A stretch of DNA of 64,000 nucleotides from Vicugna vicugna (Eukaryota), in NCBI GenBank assembly GCA_013265495.1, contig MU058059.1:868001-932000 (forward strand), in the 5' to 3' direction. The position numbers and the translations under genes are program-made. The notes beneath the pieces were generated by a model. That model saw only the letters and a program-made list of their open reading frames with translations. It ran no database searches and was not told where the DNA came from. Below, in pieces: positions 27,100 to 41,069 of the stretch; position 1 is the first letter of the stretch, and each line of letters starts with the position of its first letter.

Positions 27100-28443
27100 C
27101 AGTGACTCCCAAAGTGTGGCCCACAGGCGCCAGTAGGTCCCCAAGAACTCTCAGAGCCCCAACTGTTTTCCTAATAACCCTGAAATGTTAGTTACCATTT
27201 TCAGTGTCGACATTTGCATCAAAGGTTCAAAAGCTTTAGTGGGTAAAGCCGCTGGTCCTTTAGTCCAAATCTAGCGAGTGGGACAAACTGGTAGCAGCCA
27301 TCGTGTTCATCACCACAACACACTTGCGGTAAAAAAAATAAATAAATAAAAATTTTAAAATGCTAGTTACACTAAGAATGCCCATGATGAAGCAGTAAAA
27401 ACACGAACTTTATATGTTCTAGACCTTCAACATGTCTTTTAATGTTTTGATGGTGAAAGTGGACATATGAGAAAAGCACTTCTGCTGCACGATGGGTGCC
27501 TGGTGGCTCTTTGAGCGGCAAACCGAACTAACGCTTTATTTCATGGGATGTGATTGTCGGAGAGAAAAACCACAGCTGTTCACACTTAGGGACCTGGCAG
27601 ATATTTTCACAAAAACAAAAAGGGGTTTCCACTTCGAGGAAAAATATTTTTTTCTTCCAATAATGAAATTCAAGCTTTCAGGCGAAAATGAGAATAATGG
27701 AAAACTTGTCTTTGCCACTGTAAGCTTTTCAGCTTTCTAACCCTTTAAGATTTCAAGTATTGTGACATTAGCAGTTATACTAACGAATGAGGTGTTTTGG
27801 TATGGTGTAACGAGATACGTCAGTACTTAAAAGATCTGCCTAACTCCGTGAACCAATATTTTCTCAGTGGCCAATGCACGATACAATGATCATAACTTAA
27901 ACGGTAAGTACAAAATACAAGTCAATGGGTGATATTATGACACAATGGACAAGAAGTCCATTGATATGGCTTCAGATTTCCCACATATCACTTGGGGAGT
28001 TTTGGTGTCATGTTAAAGAATGTCCAAAATTGTGTGAAAAATAGTCTTTCCTTTTCCAACTACATATCTGTGTGACGCTTGATTTTTCCTCATATACTTC
28101 AAGCAGAATAACCTATTACAACAGACTGAATGCAAAAGCAGATATGAAAATTCACCTATATTTCTATTATTCCAGAGATTTTTTTTAAAAAAATGTAAAA
28201 AAATGCCATTGTTCTCACTTTTTGGTTTTGGGAAATAGAGCTATTTTTAATAAAATTATGCTAAATAATCTAACATGAAGAGGATTTATTATTTTTAAAT
28301 ACAGATATTTAACATTTATCCCTTTAAGTTTCTACTAACATAAATATTCGTCGATGTAACTACATAGAACACCTCTCTTTGGGTCCTCAGTTGTTTTTAA
28401 GAGTGTGAAGAGGTCCTGAATCCAAAACGTTTGTGAACCATTC
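27100..28443 (+). mobile_element. Charlie1-like hAT DNA transposon deletion derivative with a decayed transposase
   Basis: Degenerate terminal inverted repeats cagtgactcccaaa / tttgtgaaccatt; remnants DLADIF (~27590), PFPTTYLCDA*F (~28050-28085) and NRLNAKADMKI of the hAT transposase. Confidence 0.85.
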
Positions 28444-31044
28444 TTTGGCTTGGGAGTTACTCAGAACGTTGTGAAACACCATGGACAGCTCCTACAGCTG
28501 CTTCAACAGCCCGGGGAATGCCTAAGATCCAGCACATAACGTAGAATAATAGAATTCCGTGAGTTCATTCTATTGACCTTAAATCATTGAAAGCCGGGAC
28601 AGAAAGTGCCAGAGAGCTTTAGGAAAATATTTCAGAACAAAACTTAGGGAACATTGATTGCGACTGATAGAGTGTGTTCTTTTTAATTAAAAATCTCTCA
28701 GTATTTAAATGATGTAAAGCAGCCAGAACGACACGTATTATGTGATGGTATGCACTATTGTTCATAAATAGGAATAAAACATAAGCAAATCTTGTTTGAA
28801 AGGCAGAGTCATCTGGAAGAACAGCTTAAACAAATGGGCTAGAACTATAGGAGCAGATGCGCTAATGGCCCTTTAGCTGTTCTGCAAGTGCTTCCGGGGT
28901 TTTTTTGTTACGTAAACTCTTCTACTACTTGTAGTAGGTGCTTATTTTTTTTTAACGGAAAGTCCCTGTCACTTAGAATGTGGGATGAAACAACACGCAC
29001 AAAATCCTGTGATTTGACAGGACAGTTGTTAAATATAAAGTCAGGCACAAAAATAAACATCTAAAAGTAACTCCACCAGCAAGCTTCCTTCCAGACTCTT
29101 TGGGTTGCTAAGAGTCTGCCGTTGTCTCTAGATTAGAAATGGCTTGTGATCATTCTGTTTCTAAAAAGGCAACAGTCCATTTCAATAAATTCACTGTGTA
29201 ATATTTTAAGCATTTCCCCTATATCATTAGATAAGATAGATATGCGAAATTTCCAAACATTGTTAGAGAATTATCTCCAAAACGTTGCATCTGTTTCTCT
29301 TCTTTGAATTACTAAGCTGATCTTTTGTGCCCCAAACGAGATAATAAAATGAAATATGGATCATATTAAGCAATTTTATAATGATTGTTGTTTCTGTACG
29401 TTGATCTCTTTGTTGACTTCTGGGGATTTTAAGTGCCATCAAATTATATTTACATGTGAGTGAATGGAATGATGTTAACATGGAGTGTATGAATATGTAA
29501 ATATTGGCTTGTATGACAATTCTAACATTGAAGCGTCAAAGATACACAGCCTTTGAAAAAGAGGAACCAAACATACTGATGTCATTTCTTTTCCAATTTA
29601 CTCTGTTATCTTTGTGGGTTTCTCTTTAGCCCTTAGAAGGCCATGAATAGAATACTGAATAAAGGTTTTCATAATGAGATTTTGCATTTTAAAACCACAT
29701 TTCATCCAAAAAATTCAAATTAAACGTGAATGTTTACTAAACAATGTTTATAATCACTCCCTGAAGTAGAGAAGCTAGTCAACTCTTCTCATTTAGTAGA
29801 AGGAGAACAAGAGTTCAGGAAACCGTCTAGTAGTGTTTGCCTTGTGGAGTGTGCTCCCCGCCGCGCTAGGTGTTGTTAGCTATCAGAGCATCTAATGAGT
29901 GAAAGATCCCAACCTGCATGAAACTTACATCTAGTTGAGCAGGTGATAAAAACAGAATAGAGACAGCTTACGTTCTAAGTTATGTGGTTCCGGTTAGAAT
30001 GCAGACAAGGAGGAAATCAATTTGGACTATTTGAAGTTGTTGAATAAGCTTTACAGACAGAGGATCTGAGTCCTGCAAGTACACATTAAGTAGGGGCAGG
30101 GCAGGGAATTTAGGAGACAGGATAACATCTTTGGCCACTGAAAACGTAGAGCCTGGTAGGAAAGACACAAAGCAGTGCCTTCAATATAATGTTCTATGTC
30201 CAGCAGGCCTGCAGAGGGGCACTTTGCTTGAGTGTGGACCATGGTGCCCTGAAGAGTGAGTAAAATTCACCCTTTAGAGAAATCAGGATAGAGGCTGCAG
30301 GCAGAGGGGGCAGCATGAGAAAGTCACAGGGGTGTGAGGCCATCAGTGCATAGAGAACAATAAAGTATTTACTGTCGAATAAATGCAGGAAAGGGCTGGA
30401 GTCGGTCTACATCTTGCTGCGCAGGCAGAGGGCAGTGGGTCAAGGAGGAACTGGGGTCAGGCTGGAGATGACACTGGGGGAGCAAGCCTTGGAGGATGAC
30501 TGGGGACTCTTGGCATCTAACCTCCCGGTAACCCGGTCACATCCTGCACTCACATCTGCATAATATTCTATTCATCTCAGGCTCTCTCAATTGAGAAAAC
30601 CCGAGGCTAAAGGTCTTGCTGGTGTGAATGGGAGGGGATCCACACAGAGGACGACCCGGGAGCGACCTGTCCGGGTGGGAGGAGCACCAGCGGGGGGCAC
30701 AGACAGCTGCCAGAGCCTGAGCTCCCACAGGGAGGAGGACCGGGCGGGCCTGTGCCGGAGCCGAATGCGGCCCCTCGTGCTCCAGAACCAGCAGCGTGAG
30801 CTGAGGCTGGGACCCAAGAAGGTCATTCAAGTTCAAGTGCGCTGAGGCTCAAGAATTCCGGTCTGAGTGTTCAAACCTGGGGGCTTTGATTCAGGGTCCT
30901 TGGGATACGAGGTGTGTCTCAGGGGAATTTTTTCTGTCTTCACTTTGAAGAGAGGTATTTTGAGCAGGATCTCGGCCACCTTCGTTTGGGTGAGCTTGCC
31001 AAGATGTGGGTTTGAGGCTTCTGCTAAAAGAAATGTTCACATAT

Positions 31045-31534
31045 TGAGATACGGGGAAGTCATTCTGGATTATGCACTAGTTAACCTGAATTGTATGCTA
31101 ATGAAAACACCCTGTTTCTGGCCTATCAGACATTCATTGTACATCTCCTTTAATTACGAAAGAAAAGGGCACATTGATCAGAAGTAAAGAAGGGCCAAGT
31201 TAAAAATAAAGATTAAACGCTGCCCTTCCTGGGACACCAGAGCGGGTCCTCCTTTGATGATGAGACTCCCCCCGCCACAAGGTGCGGAGGCCACACTGAC
31301 TCACTGTGTACGTGCCCGACTGTTTTCTTCGTTTTGAAAGCTTGAAGAAATGCATCCTTGGCTTGTTTAATGTTCTTCTTTCTGGCAAGATGTAAAGCTG
31401 TGCTGAAACCCTGCTTCTCCGGAGCAGTTTCTCTGAGTCATCTGGGAAGCGGGCTTCCAGGCCAGTCCTCAGTTTGGCTCAAATAAAACTCTTTTCATTT
31501 CTTACTACTGATTGTTTGATTATTTTTGTCGACA
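31045..31534 (+). mobile_element. ERV1-type solo LTR (5' boundary uncertain)
   Basis: TG...CA ends; TATA-like gatgtaaagctg; AATAAA (ctcaaataaaactc) shortly before the tgtcgaca terminus. Confidence 0.7.
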
Positions 31535-33958
31535 TTTCCATAGGACTAGGCAGCCAGGGGCTCTGTACATAGTCCAGGCCAAGGGACGAATGGTGAACCC
31601 TGGTGATTAGAGTCTTGAGATTTGCTGATAAATAGCGTCTTTCCATGTATGCTCTTCAAGAGGCCGCCACACTTCTGGGGTAGTAGCCCAGAGCTAACTT
31701 TTTAAAGACAGCCCTGAGGCTAATGAAAAAAACACCTTGAAATCACGAGGGGAAAGCCTGAGAATTCTGAAAGGCCAGACTCAGGCTGGGAGCCAGGCAG
31801 CATCCTCAGGCCTTAGCAGGAGGCGGCCCGCTGGGGGCCCTTCTGGTCCCCAGTGCCCTGTCTCATCTGGCTGCTCAGTGCTGGAGGACAACAAAACCAA
31901 CAAGGTAGCACCCTCAAAAATAAATGCAAGCTTGGCAAAACTGTTGAAAGCAGAGCGAAACGATCCCCGAAATTGAGCAGTGTCTTGCAACATGGCTGCA
32001 AATACATTGGAAAGTGAAATGTTGTCCAAATCTGGCAGCATCTAAACTTAGAATGCGTGTGATCTTGGCGTGATCAGGCGGGAGACGCCTAGGGAGGCTC
32101 TGAACTCCGGTCCCACTATTTTCTCTTCTGTGAGTTAGGGAAAGGAGCTATACCACTATTTGAATTACCTGGCAGAGGCAAAACTATAGATTCTTAAAAT
32201 ATACCATAGTCTGCTAAGTTTGCATTTGGGATATAGTTTGCAAGTGCACACAAACTTCCTCTGTGTAAAAAGGAATTAAAGTTATAAATAGACAGTTACC
32301 TGACTGTCATGCAAAAGGAAGATGTTGATGAGAGGGAACGAATTTTTATAGGCCAAAAAGGAAAAAAGGTAGCTGGGTAAACTGATTTATCAGCCCAGAT
32401 CTCAGTCCCAGAACCAGCCGGCTAATCCAGTAAATGACTGTTGAATTCAGTCTAAGTTATGTTCGCTGTTACCGGCCCCTTCTCCACCCAGGGCATAGGT
32501 GGGGTGGGGATTTCTATCTCTCAGTAACAGTGGAGAAAGTGTTTCCACTTGAAATTAAAATGCTACGTCAGTTGTCTCTCTTGTTAGGAATTCATTCCTG
32601 GTGTATTTTGCCATTTCATCCTTCCTCAAAAGCAGGACCTCTGAAGGATGTTTGCCACGTGCACACCAAAGCCCGCAGTGTGTGAGTGGCTGGAAACTGT
32701 TTCTTTGACAATAGACCTAACAAAAGTCAGAGGAGGCTGGCCTCATTCGTACCACTCTGTTTTGTTTTTTTTAAGGCACCACCTCCTTTGTCTCCTTTGA
32801 CATTCAGCATAGTACGTCAAACATTCAAAAGGGAAGATGTTTTACCTTTATTATTTGGCCTTAATTCTTTGAAGTTACAGGTCTGCCTCAGTTCTTTAAT
32901 GTTTCATTTTCCTAAGCATGTTCTAAATTTAATTCTCCACCTTAAGATGTGAAAGAAAGATCTTCAATGGCTGCCCAACATCACAAAGCTAATAGATGGC
33001 GGTACAGATGGCGTGTTCTTGCAGGAGGAACAGGTGGCACCCTCAGAAGGGGATGTCCGAGACACCAGGGAAACGATGCTTCCCATGGGGTTAAGTGAAA
33101 TCAGCAAGGATGGGGAAGCTTCTGGAAAAGCCATCCTAGAGAGGTATGGGGGGCACTGGAGACGGCTGGAGCTGTAAGCCAAGGGGTGAGGGAGGTGTAT
33201 GTGTAGGAAGGGTGACCATTTATAAAGTCACCTCTCATTGTGCCGGGCCTTATAAATGGTGTTAGCATTTTTCTTTTTTTCACATCTACAAGGGCTGGAG
33301 TCAGGTGTTTATTCTTTGTAACATATAACACCTGTCAACACATTCTGCAGGAGCCATTCCGGGCACAGCAGGGGCATTTCAGGGGCCGCTGCAAGGGAAC
33401 GACAGCTAGATGTTAGTCATGAGTTCTTAAAGAACGTCCATTTATCGTCAGCCCTTAAGTAATGGGGACCCAACTGACTGAGCTAGACTTCCGCCCCCGC
33501 CTTGGTCTCCCCCTCCCTGCCGGATCACGCTTAGGAAGAAGAATGACAAGCAAAACCACACCAATATCAGAGCTTTTAAAAGCCGCACGTAATAAAAATT
33601 GTTAAAAAAAAAAATAAAAGCCGCGTGTACTCAGAGCAGCTGCTAGTCCTCTGCCAGTCAAGCCCCACTTCCCTCTCAGCCTTCCGTCTTCACATGCGTC
33701 TCCTGCCCACCTTTCCTGCACTCTGACCTGCAGGGCTCACGTGTCCCTCCCTGCCCTGCGGCTGTCACCTGGCCCTGGGCTCCTTGCGCCCTCTGGGCTC
33801 CCCCTGGGATTCTCCAGACGCAGATCCGTTTGTGCTCCCAGCTGCCGCCTTCCAACGTGCCCCCTTCCTCCACCGATCCTGCCCCTAACCCCGATGGGCA
33901 GAAAGCTCTTAACGCATTCAGACAGGACTAGAAGAGACCCGAGAAATGGTCCCTCGGT

Positions 33959-34092
33959 GGGGAGGGTATAGCTCAGTGGTAGAGTGCATACCTAGCATGC
34001 ACAAGGTCCTGGCTTCAATCCCCAGTCCCTCCATCAAAGAAATTAATGAGTAGACTTAATTAGCTCTGAGCAAAAAAGAAAAAAAAAAAAAA
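33959..34092 (+). mobile_element. tRNA-Ala-derived SINE (vic-1-like), little diverged
   Basis: ggggagggtatagctcagtggtagagtgcatacctagcatgcacaaggtcctggcttcaatcccc plus poly(A). Confidence 0.9.
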
Positions 34093-35807
34093 GACTCCTA
34101 CATAAGGCAGGCTGCCCCACCCTGAAGGTCTGAAGATGTCTTCAACCCTAAGGATAATTTCAGCTATTTCAGAATCTAACCGAGAACATCCCAGCCAATA
34201 CCAGCGACACCCAAAGCTGGCGGGACTTCCCCAGGTGCTCCTGATAATCCAGTTCTCTCCAAACCTAAGGGGCGATGCCATGCTTCCTGTTTCAAACGTG
34301 TCATCCCTGGAAAAACCCTGAAAGGGTGTTTTGAATGCTCACAGAAGAAATTATTCATAGCATCATTGGCATCAAGTCTACTCCATGGTATTGTCAATCT
34401 TCATTGTTAAGTCATGTATGAAATACATGGCATGAACTTAATCAGACTACTTAATCAGTCCCACCTGTTTCTGGTAATTGACTTTTTATACAAAAAAACT
34501 CCATTTAATTCTTAATGCTATTTTTTTAAACAGTTCAGCTAATTCTCCTCCTACTTGAAAAACATGCTTTTCTATTTTTAAACTTTCCTTACATGGAAAG
34601 TTGCGACTTGTATAAACCTAGAATTAGCAAAACTGGAAGGACTATTGGATAAGAAAGCCAATCCATCTCCAAACTTCTTGCAGGCTCTCCGAAGCCAGTC
34701 CCCAGAGCTGACGTCTGTTGTACGTTTTGGCTTCCCTTTACCGTCTCTTGAGGGGAGATGCCTCACGGCCTCCATCATTTGTTCCAAGTTATAAAAATCC
34801 TTCCCTCGCCCCCACGCTTCGTTTTTCAGCCCTGACTTCGGACTTCAGCCGGGCGTTGCAGTCAGATGCCCTTTGGTGACCCTCACTCTTGGGACATTTG
34901 CCTTACACCTCTGCTGGCCTCCGTTATAACGTCAATTCGGTTCACGTTCCTACAGTAACCATAGCAGGAGACGGCTCTTTGGAATCGTGAAGTGCCAGAC
35001 CTAGGAACCATTCCCGCGGGAGAAGCTTCTGCTTCCTCAGAGTCCTGGTCCTCACCGCCTCCTGCCGCCTCTGTCTGGTGTCTGGGGAGGCTCCACATCC
35101 TTTAAGGATCGATTCCAGCGTCACTTCTACCCAGCCTGGGAGAGGCTCTCTCTCCTCCGGGAGACAGCCCGTTCTCAGTCCCCACTGTGACAGCCGCCAT
35201 CGCTTTCTGTCGCAGGTTGATTTCTTGGTCTGCCTGCCCACCCGCTGCATGAGCGTCCTGCTGAGGGGCAGGACTGGCTCTTCTGCAGTGCAGTTTATTT
35301 CAAGGCTCTCGGACACTGTGCGGAAGGCCTGTCCCGGGTGATTGTAACAAATGCTGAAGCACTTTGGGGGGCATCGTCGCAATGTTTAAAAAATTATTTT
35401 TGGTGCCTCCTTGGGTTCGCTCTCCTTTCTGTCCCTTTGGGCACACTTACCAGAGCTTACCAGCCAGTTCCTGCCACCCCTTAAAGGTACAATTTCTTTG
35501 ACCAGCGCTGTTCCTTCTGTCCTGACCACAGGTGTCGCCAGGGCTGCCTTTGTTTCCTTAGTGGTCCTGGGAGCCGCCCTCTTGCTCTCACAGGCTCCCA
35601 GCAGCAGGGGAGACAGCATATTGCCTTGGGCTCATTCAGCACTGGGAAGATTCCTTGTGTGGCTTTGAGAATGCTGTCTCAATAAATCTCCATAATAATT
35701 TGTATGTGGATAGGTTAATTTCCTTTTATAGAAGGTGGATCACAGGAGGTTAAGAAACTTGCCAGCCGGGCCTTCTCAGTCCTCAAACCAGCGCTCTTTC
35801 TGCCGGG

Positions 35808-36280
35808 GCGGTAGTTCTCAAAGTGCCGTCTCTGGACCCGTGGCATCAGCAGCACACGGGAACTTGCTAGAAATGCGCATTCCCAGGCCTCGCCCACGAT
35901 CGACTGAATCAGAAACGCTGGGGGTGGGGTCCATGTATTTTGATGCAGGCTCGGGTCTGAGACCCACTTCACGAGGCCAGTGACTGTCCACACTAGCCAT
36001 CCATGAGCTCATGAGATTCACCTGCAAAGCTCTTAAAAAATAGTGATGCTGGGCTGCACTAATGAGGTCAGACTCTCTGGAAGCTCAGACTTTAGCATCT
36101 TAAAAAAAAATCCCTGAGTGACTCCTTTTTTTTTTTTTTAAAATTGAAGTATGGTTAGTCTACAATGTTGTCAATTTCTGGCACACAACACAGTGCTTCA
36201 GTCGTACATGAACATACATAGATTCGTTTCCGTTTCCCCAAGTGATCCCAACGCACGTTTAGGTCTAAGACCCACAGCCC
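35808..36280. mobile_element. Two adjacent MER5A-like MITEs; the second is split by a short L1 3' tail (36126-36234, minus strand)
   Basis: gttctcaaagtg...gcatcagc...gggaacttgctagaaatgc; the L1 tail is flanked by degenerate repeats tccctgagtgactcc / tccccaagtgatccc. Confidence 0.7.
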
Positions 36281-39200
36281 TGGACGTGCAGAGCCTGTGC
36301 CGCCCACGAAGTCCCCAAGAAGCATCCCCAGAAAAGGTGCTGGGCACGAACCGAGTCAAGCATTCAACTGCTCTGTGCAATTTTGGGGATGCTATCTCTT
36401 ACCAACTCTATTCACACACCAAGGGCCCGTGCAAATACGAAATCCCTACACAGGAAGTCAGTGCAGCGAATCCACCAGCGCGCGCGAGCCCTGAGACGCA
36501 GCACCTTACCCGACAAGCAAGGCCCGCGCCCCAGGCGCGCGCGGGAGGTTCCGGATTCCGCTGAGCCCTGCGAGGCGTCGTGCTGGCTGCCTCGCGGGCA
36601 CGGCCTCATTGACAGCATCAGCGGCATTCTCGCCCTAGGAGAAGTCGGAGGGTCATCACACACAGGCGTTTCTTTTTTTTCCCCTCCTCTGAACAAAGTG
36701 AACACTGACCCGGATACGGGGAAGGCTCTTAGCTGGGGTCACTCACATGGCTTGAATCATAACAAAACAAACAAACAAACAAACAAAAAAAGGATTTTTG
36801 CAGCTTCTGATCTCTCCCCAAGCTGAGGAGTATTTCTTCTCAAGCAGAGGCAATCTGCTATTCCTGAGATAAACCATTTTGAGTTCTCTTATACAGAGTA
36901 AGTGATGTGCAGTGTTGAGGCAAGAGATGAGGGGAAAAAATGAAGCCATGACATCAAACTGCCAAAATAGTAGTTTCACAAAGAATTGTCTTATGCACTC
37001 CTGTTTGGTAATTTGGTACTTTCTCATAGAACCGAAGCATCTTGTTTCACCAGAACAAGCTTTGTACTTGGCTATAATTCTTTTTTTAACTTTGAGCAGA
37101 CCAAGGCACAAATGGTTAAGTCACCACCTTGAGGTGACAACATTAGTTGTGGCAGGGCACGGGACTGCAGAGTCCAGAGTCTGTGGGTTTTGTTTCTTTT
37201 TTTTTTTTTTCTTTTTAGGCTATGCTTGCTTAAAGACAGTGCTAGTGAGAGACAGCTTTTATGCAGAGGGAAGTAAAATTTCAGCAAACCCAGAGAAGCA
37301 TTATCTTTCAATTATATTGTGGTAAAACTTAAAAATTACTCTCACCGTATGCTAAATCACTCCCCTTTAAAAAAAAAAAAAAAGCAAAAGCACTGATAAA
37401 CCACTAATGTGAGTCCAAGGCAAAGGTCTTTCATTTAGAAAGCTCTCACCTCAAGTGCTCAAGTGTTACTATAAGTAACGTCACTATCTGTAACAGAAAC
37501 TCATTGATCACCATTCTAATTAGAACGGGACTAAAGAAGGCGTTTGCAACACTTGGTGAGTCAGTTTTCCCAACTTCTCCGCATCTATGTCTCTCTCGCT
37601 CGCCATTACTCAGTTCTCAAATAAACTGTTTTTCAAAATATATAATGATGGCGACAGACACCTGAAAAAACTGGAAAAACAGAACAGCACAAGGAAGAAA
37701 AAAAATCATTATATGCGCTCCTTCAGGGAGAAAAAAATCACTATTACCACTTTGGTATATACATCTATGCATTTTCTATGCACAGATAAGCATTTTTGCC
37801 TACTTACCACCAGAATGTATTAATTGCTTTATGCATTTTTACACTTATTAAGATTATTTCCTCCATCAGGTCATAATTTTTAATCTATAATTTTTGGTGA
37901 GTACACAGCATTCTATCTTGTGTAAACACCAGAATTTATTTACTCATTTTCCACTTTGCTGAATATTTACTGTTTAAACATTTTGGTTTTTATGAGCAAT
38001 GCTGCACTAAACATCCCTTTACATTAATTTCTATAAACCTCTGTGTCTGATTTAGAAAAATTCCCAGAACTGGATTTGCTGGGCCAAAAGCTTTCTGAAA
38101 AATTTAAGAGCATATATATGTCTTAATCGATTCTACCCCAAATTACCAACTTACCATCCCACCAGAAGTGGCTGTGGCTTGGCACCCTCCCAAAGCTTAG
38201 AATTAAGGTGATGTTTTGGTCAATTGATTATTGGAAAGGTATCCTGCATTAAAATGCGCATTTCTTTGTCACTGCTTGTCTTCAGAGATCGCTTAGATTT
38301 CAGCATTCTTCAAGGAGAATGGGTAAGCCTGAAACTCAGCCCCTAAATATTCTGGTTCCTCCCTGTTGCACAGGGCACTGTGAAAATCCACGTATTATTT
38401 TGGCTGATAAACTCTTTCTTAAGCTTGCACTACAAGAACCCATCCAACCTCTTAAAAGATGTCATTTATCCCAAGGAAACATGAGGCTACTGTACGGGGT
38501 GTCTGCGTGGACGTAACCACACTCCTCGGGGAGCGTTAACTCCTGTCCCTCTTCCTCGGGGTTCATCAGCTCTGATCAGAAACTGTTTGTCGGAATGAAA
38601 TGTCGTGTCTGAGTACCATTTTACATGCACCGATGGCCTGCCACCAAAATCTATTTATAAAAAAAGTGGAATAACGCAATTTTACTTAAGGAGTAAATGC
38701 CCTTTGAAACACAAGGCTACCTCTATGGCAATTCAAGGCAGAATTCTGACTCTGGTTACTTTACTGCAGTGAGAAAGATAAAAAGAAAAAAAAAAGGCAT
38801 TTGAAGGAGGTACACATAAGCCTCAATTGTAAGTTAGAAGAAATTTTAGATCACTGTTCTAGACTCCAGGCTGATTTTTAAAAATTAGCTAGGATTGATG
38901 CTGACTTAGAAAATAACATAATAGAAGTGCTGATAGAATGAAGGAAATGGATTATTAGTTATTGTTAAAAAAAAGGGGGGGGAGTGAGTAATCCTACAGG
39001 GTGCATGGTCTAAGTCACCGTGCCCAAGCACCGGGGATACGGTGGTCCCGTGAAATCTGGAAGGAATGTGGAATAGAGGATGGAAAAATTCTGGGAGAGT
39101 GAAAGCACAGGGAATCCCCACATTAGGGCTGCCCTTACTTCTCTCGCAGGGGCAGTGATGTCTCAGCAGCAGTGCAGTTCCATCCATTAATCCAACACCC

Positions 39201-39769
39201 AGGAAGGGGCAGGGTGGGGTCTGCACTGGTGGAGCCTCACTCCCAGGCTGAGCTCCACTGACATAAAGCAGAAAGCACCGCGCTGAAGGCAGGCTTATTC
39301 CCTGGACTTGGCAATGCCTCGATGACTCCAGACAAAATATCACTAAGACTTTTCTTGTTGGCTCGGCAACTCCACAGGTGTTTCTGCAGACCCTGTGAGG
39401 TCAGCAGGAAGTGCAGGCTCTCCACCGGCCAGACCACGATGCCTTTAGGTTTGTGATTTGTTTTTCTGCTCATGTGAGAGCCCTATGAATTCCCATTTTC
39501 TTATGGCCTTGGACCTGAATCTCAGAGCAAACTGAGAAGCAAGCATTTTTCTGTGAGGCAAACAGCTAACTGTCGTGGAATTCTTCAGTTTCCGCAAGTG
39601 TTTAACATCTAGGGCCTTTTACACACCTAACACAATGCGACAGTATTCTGTGTTAGTAGTAATGGCTAAAATAAATAAGTGTTCTGAGATGAGCTAAGGG
39701 CTTAGCAACGACCACAGCTGGCTTTATGCATTAGTGGAATCCAGCTCTAAGACTGTCAGATTAGGGAAT

Positions 39770-40290
39770 GTGAGCAGAGCCTGTGACTTGTCTGTAATCA
39801 ACAGAACGTGGCAAAGGTAACGGAAGCCACTCCCTTGGTTATGTTACGTTATCTAAGACTGCTTTGCCAGCAAACACACTCTCAAGAGGCTCCCTCTCCA
39901 TTTCTGGCTCTGAAGCAGCAAGCTGCCAGGAGCCCTAGAAGCAACCACAAAGCAGCAAATTCTGCAGACAACCAGAGAGAGCTTAGGAGATGCTTCCCCA
40001 GCAGAGCCTCCAGGTGAGACCCCAGGCCTGGCCGGTACTTTGGCTGCAGCCTTAGAGAGAGGGCGCAGTGAAACCAAGCCTGGACTCCTGACCACAGACC
40101 ATGAGATAATCAGTATGTGCTGTTTCAAGCTGTTGATTTGTGGAATTTGTTACGCAGCAATAAAAAGGGAAAAAACAGATACGGATTTTGGTACTAGAAG
40201 TGGAGCACTGCTGTCACGGATACCCAAGTATGTGGGAGTGTTGGGAACGCCACACAGCAGCGGATGGAGGCTGGAAAAGCTCCATCCAGG
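39770..40290 (+). mobile_element. MaLR LTR (MLT1G/H-like) plus start of the MLT internal region
   Basis: gagcctccaggtgagaccccag...tttgtggaatttgttacgcagcaata followed by gattttggtactagaagtgg. Confidence 0.75.
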
Positions 40291-40429
40291 GGCACAACAG
40301 AAGGGAAAGAAAGCTGAAAATATGCAATGTTCTTGGTAACTTATAATTTTATAAAAATGAATGAGCCCTTGTGGCCAAGGACAGAGAAACACCGGTAACA
40401 CTAGGTTTGGCAAACATGGCAAACAGGGA

Positions 40430-40830
40430 CGGCATGGTGACTGTAATTAATAAAACTGCATCATAAACCTTCAATGAAAAAACATGAAAATGAATGTATG
40501 TATGTATATGCATGACTGGGACATTGTGCTCTACACCAGAAATTGACACATTGTAACTGACTGTATTTTAATTTAAAAAAGTGTCATGGTAATTAAAAAA
40601 AATAAAAATAAAAGAACCAAAAATACCATATTACATATTTAAAAGTTGTCAACAGAATAAATCTTCAAACGTCTCGTCATGAGAAAAAGATTGTGACTGT
40701 GCGGTGACAGATGGGAACTGAATTTACTGTGGGGATCATTTCACAATATACACAAAATACCAAATCATCATGTTGGACCCTCAAAATAATATATGCCAAT
40801 TATACCATAATAAAAATTAAAAAAAAAAAG
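40430..40830 (+). mobile_element. Old L1 3' end with a nested younger L1 3' tail (~40475-40615)
   Basis: catgactgggacattgtgctctacaccagaaattgacacattgtaactgactg inside an older L1 3' UTR. Confidence 0.7.
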
Positions 40831-41069
40831 TGACCACAGGTACAGCTAGGACACAGGCTGAGCAGATCAGGTTCAAGCATCCTTGGGAGGCCACGAGCCA
40901 TTTTCTTATCAATAAGGTGTTCATTTCCCTCAACACATTTTGTTGATTGGCTTCAAACACAATTAAGATGATACTTCAGTTCCTAAAACACTTAGTACGG
41001 ACAGTAAGGATAAACTGATTGCTACTTCAGAGAAAACTGATGAGACTCTGACTCCCTCAGTAAGACTAA

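Noticed and set aside
33959..34032. tRNA-Ala gene calls (also at 264, 981, 6481, 12196 and 18515)
   Set aside because: Extra 5' bases, shared downstream tails, poly(A) and TSDs identify them as SINEs
1..41000. Numerous 60-160 aa ORFs in the intergenic half
   Set aside because: No recognisable homology or exon chain; many start at non-ATG codons or lie in repeats
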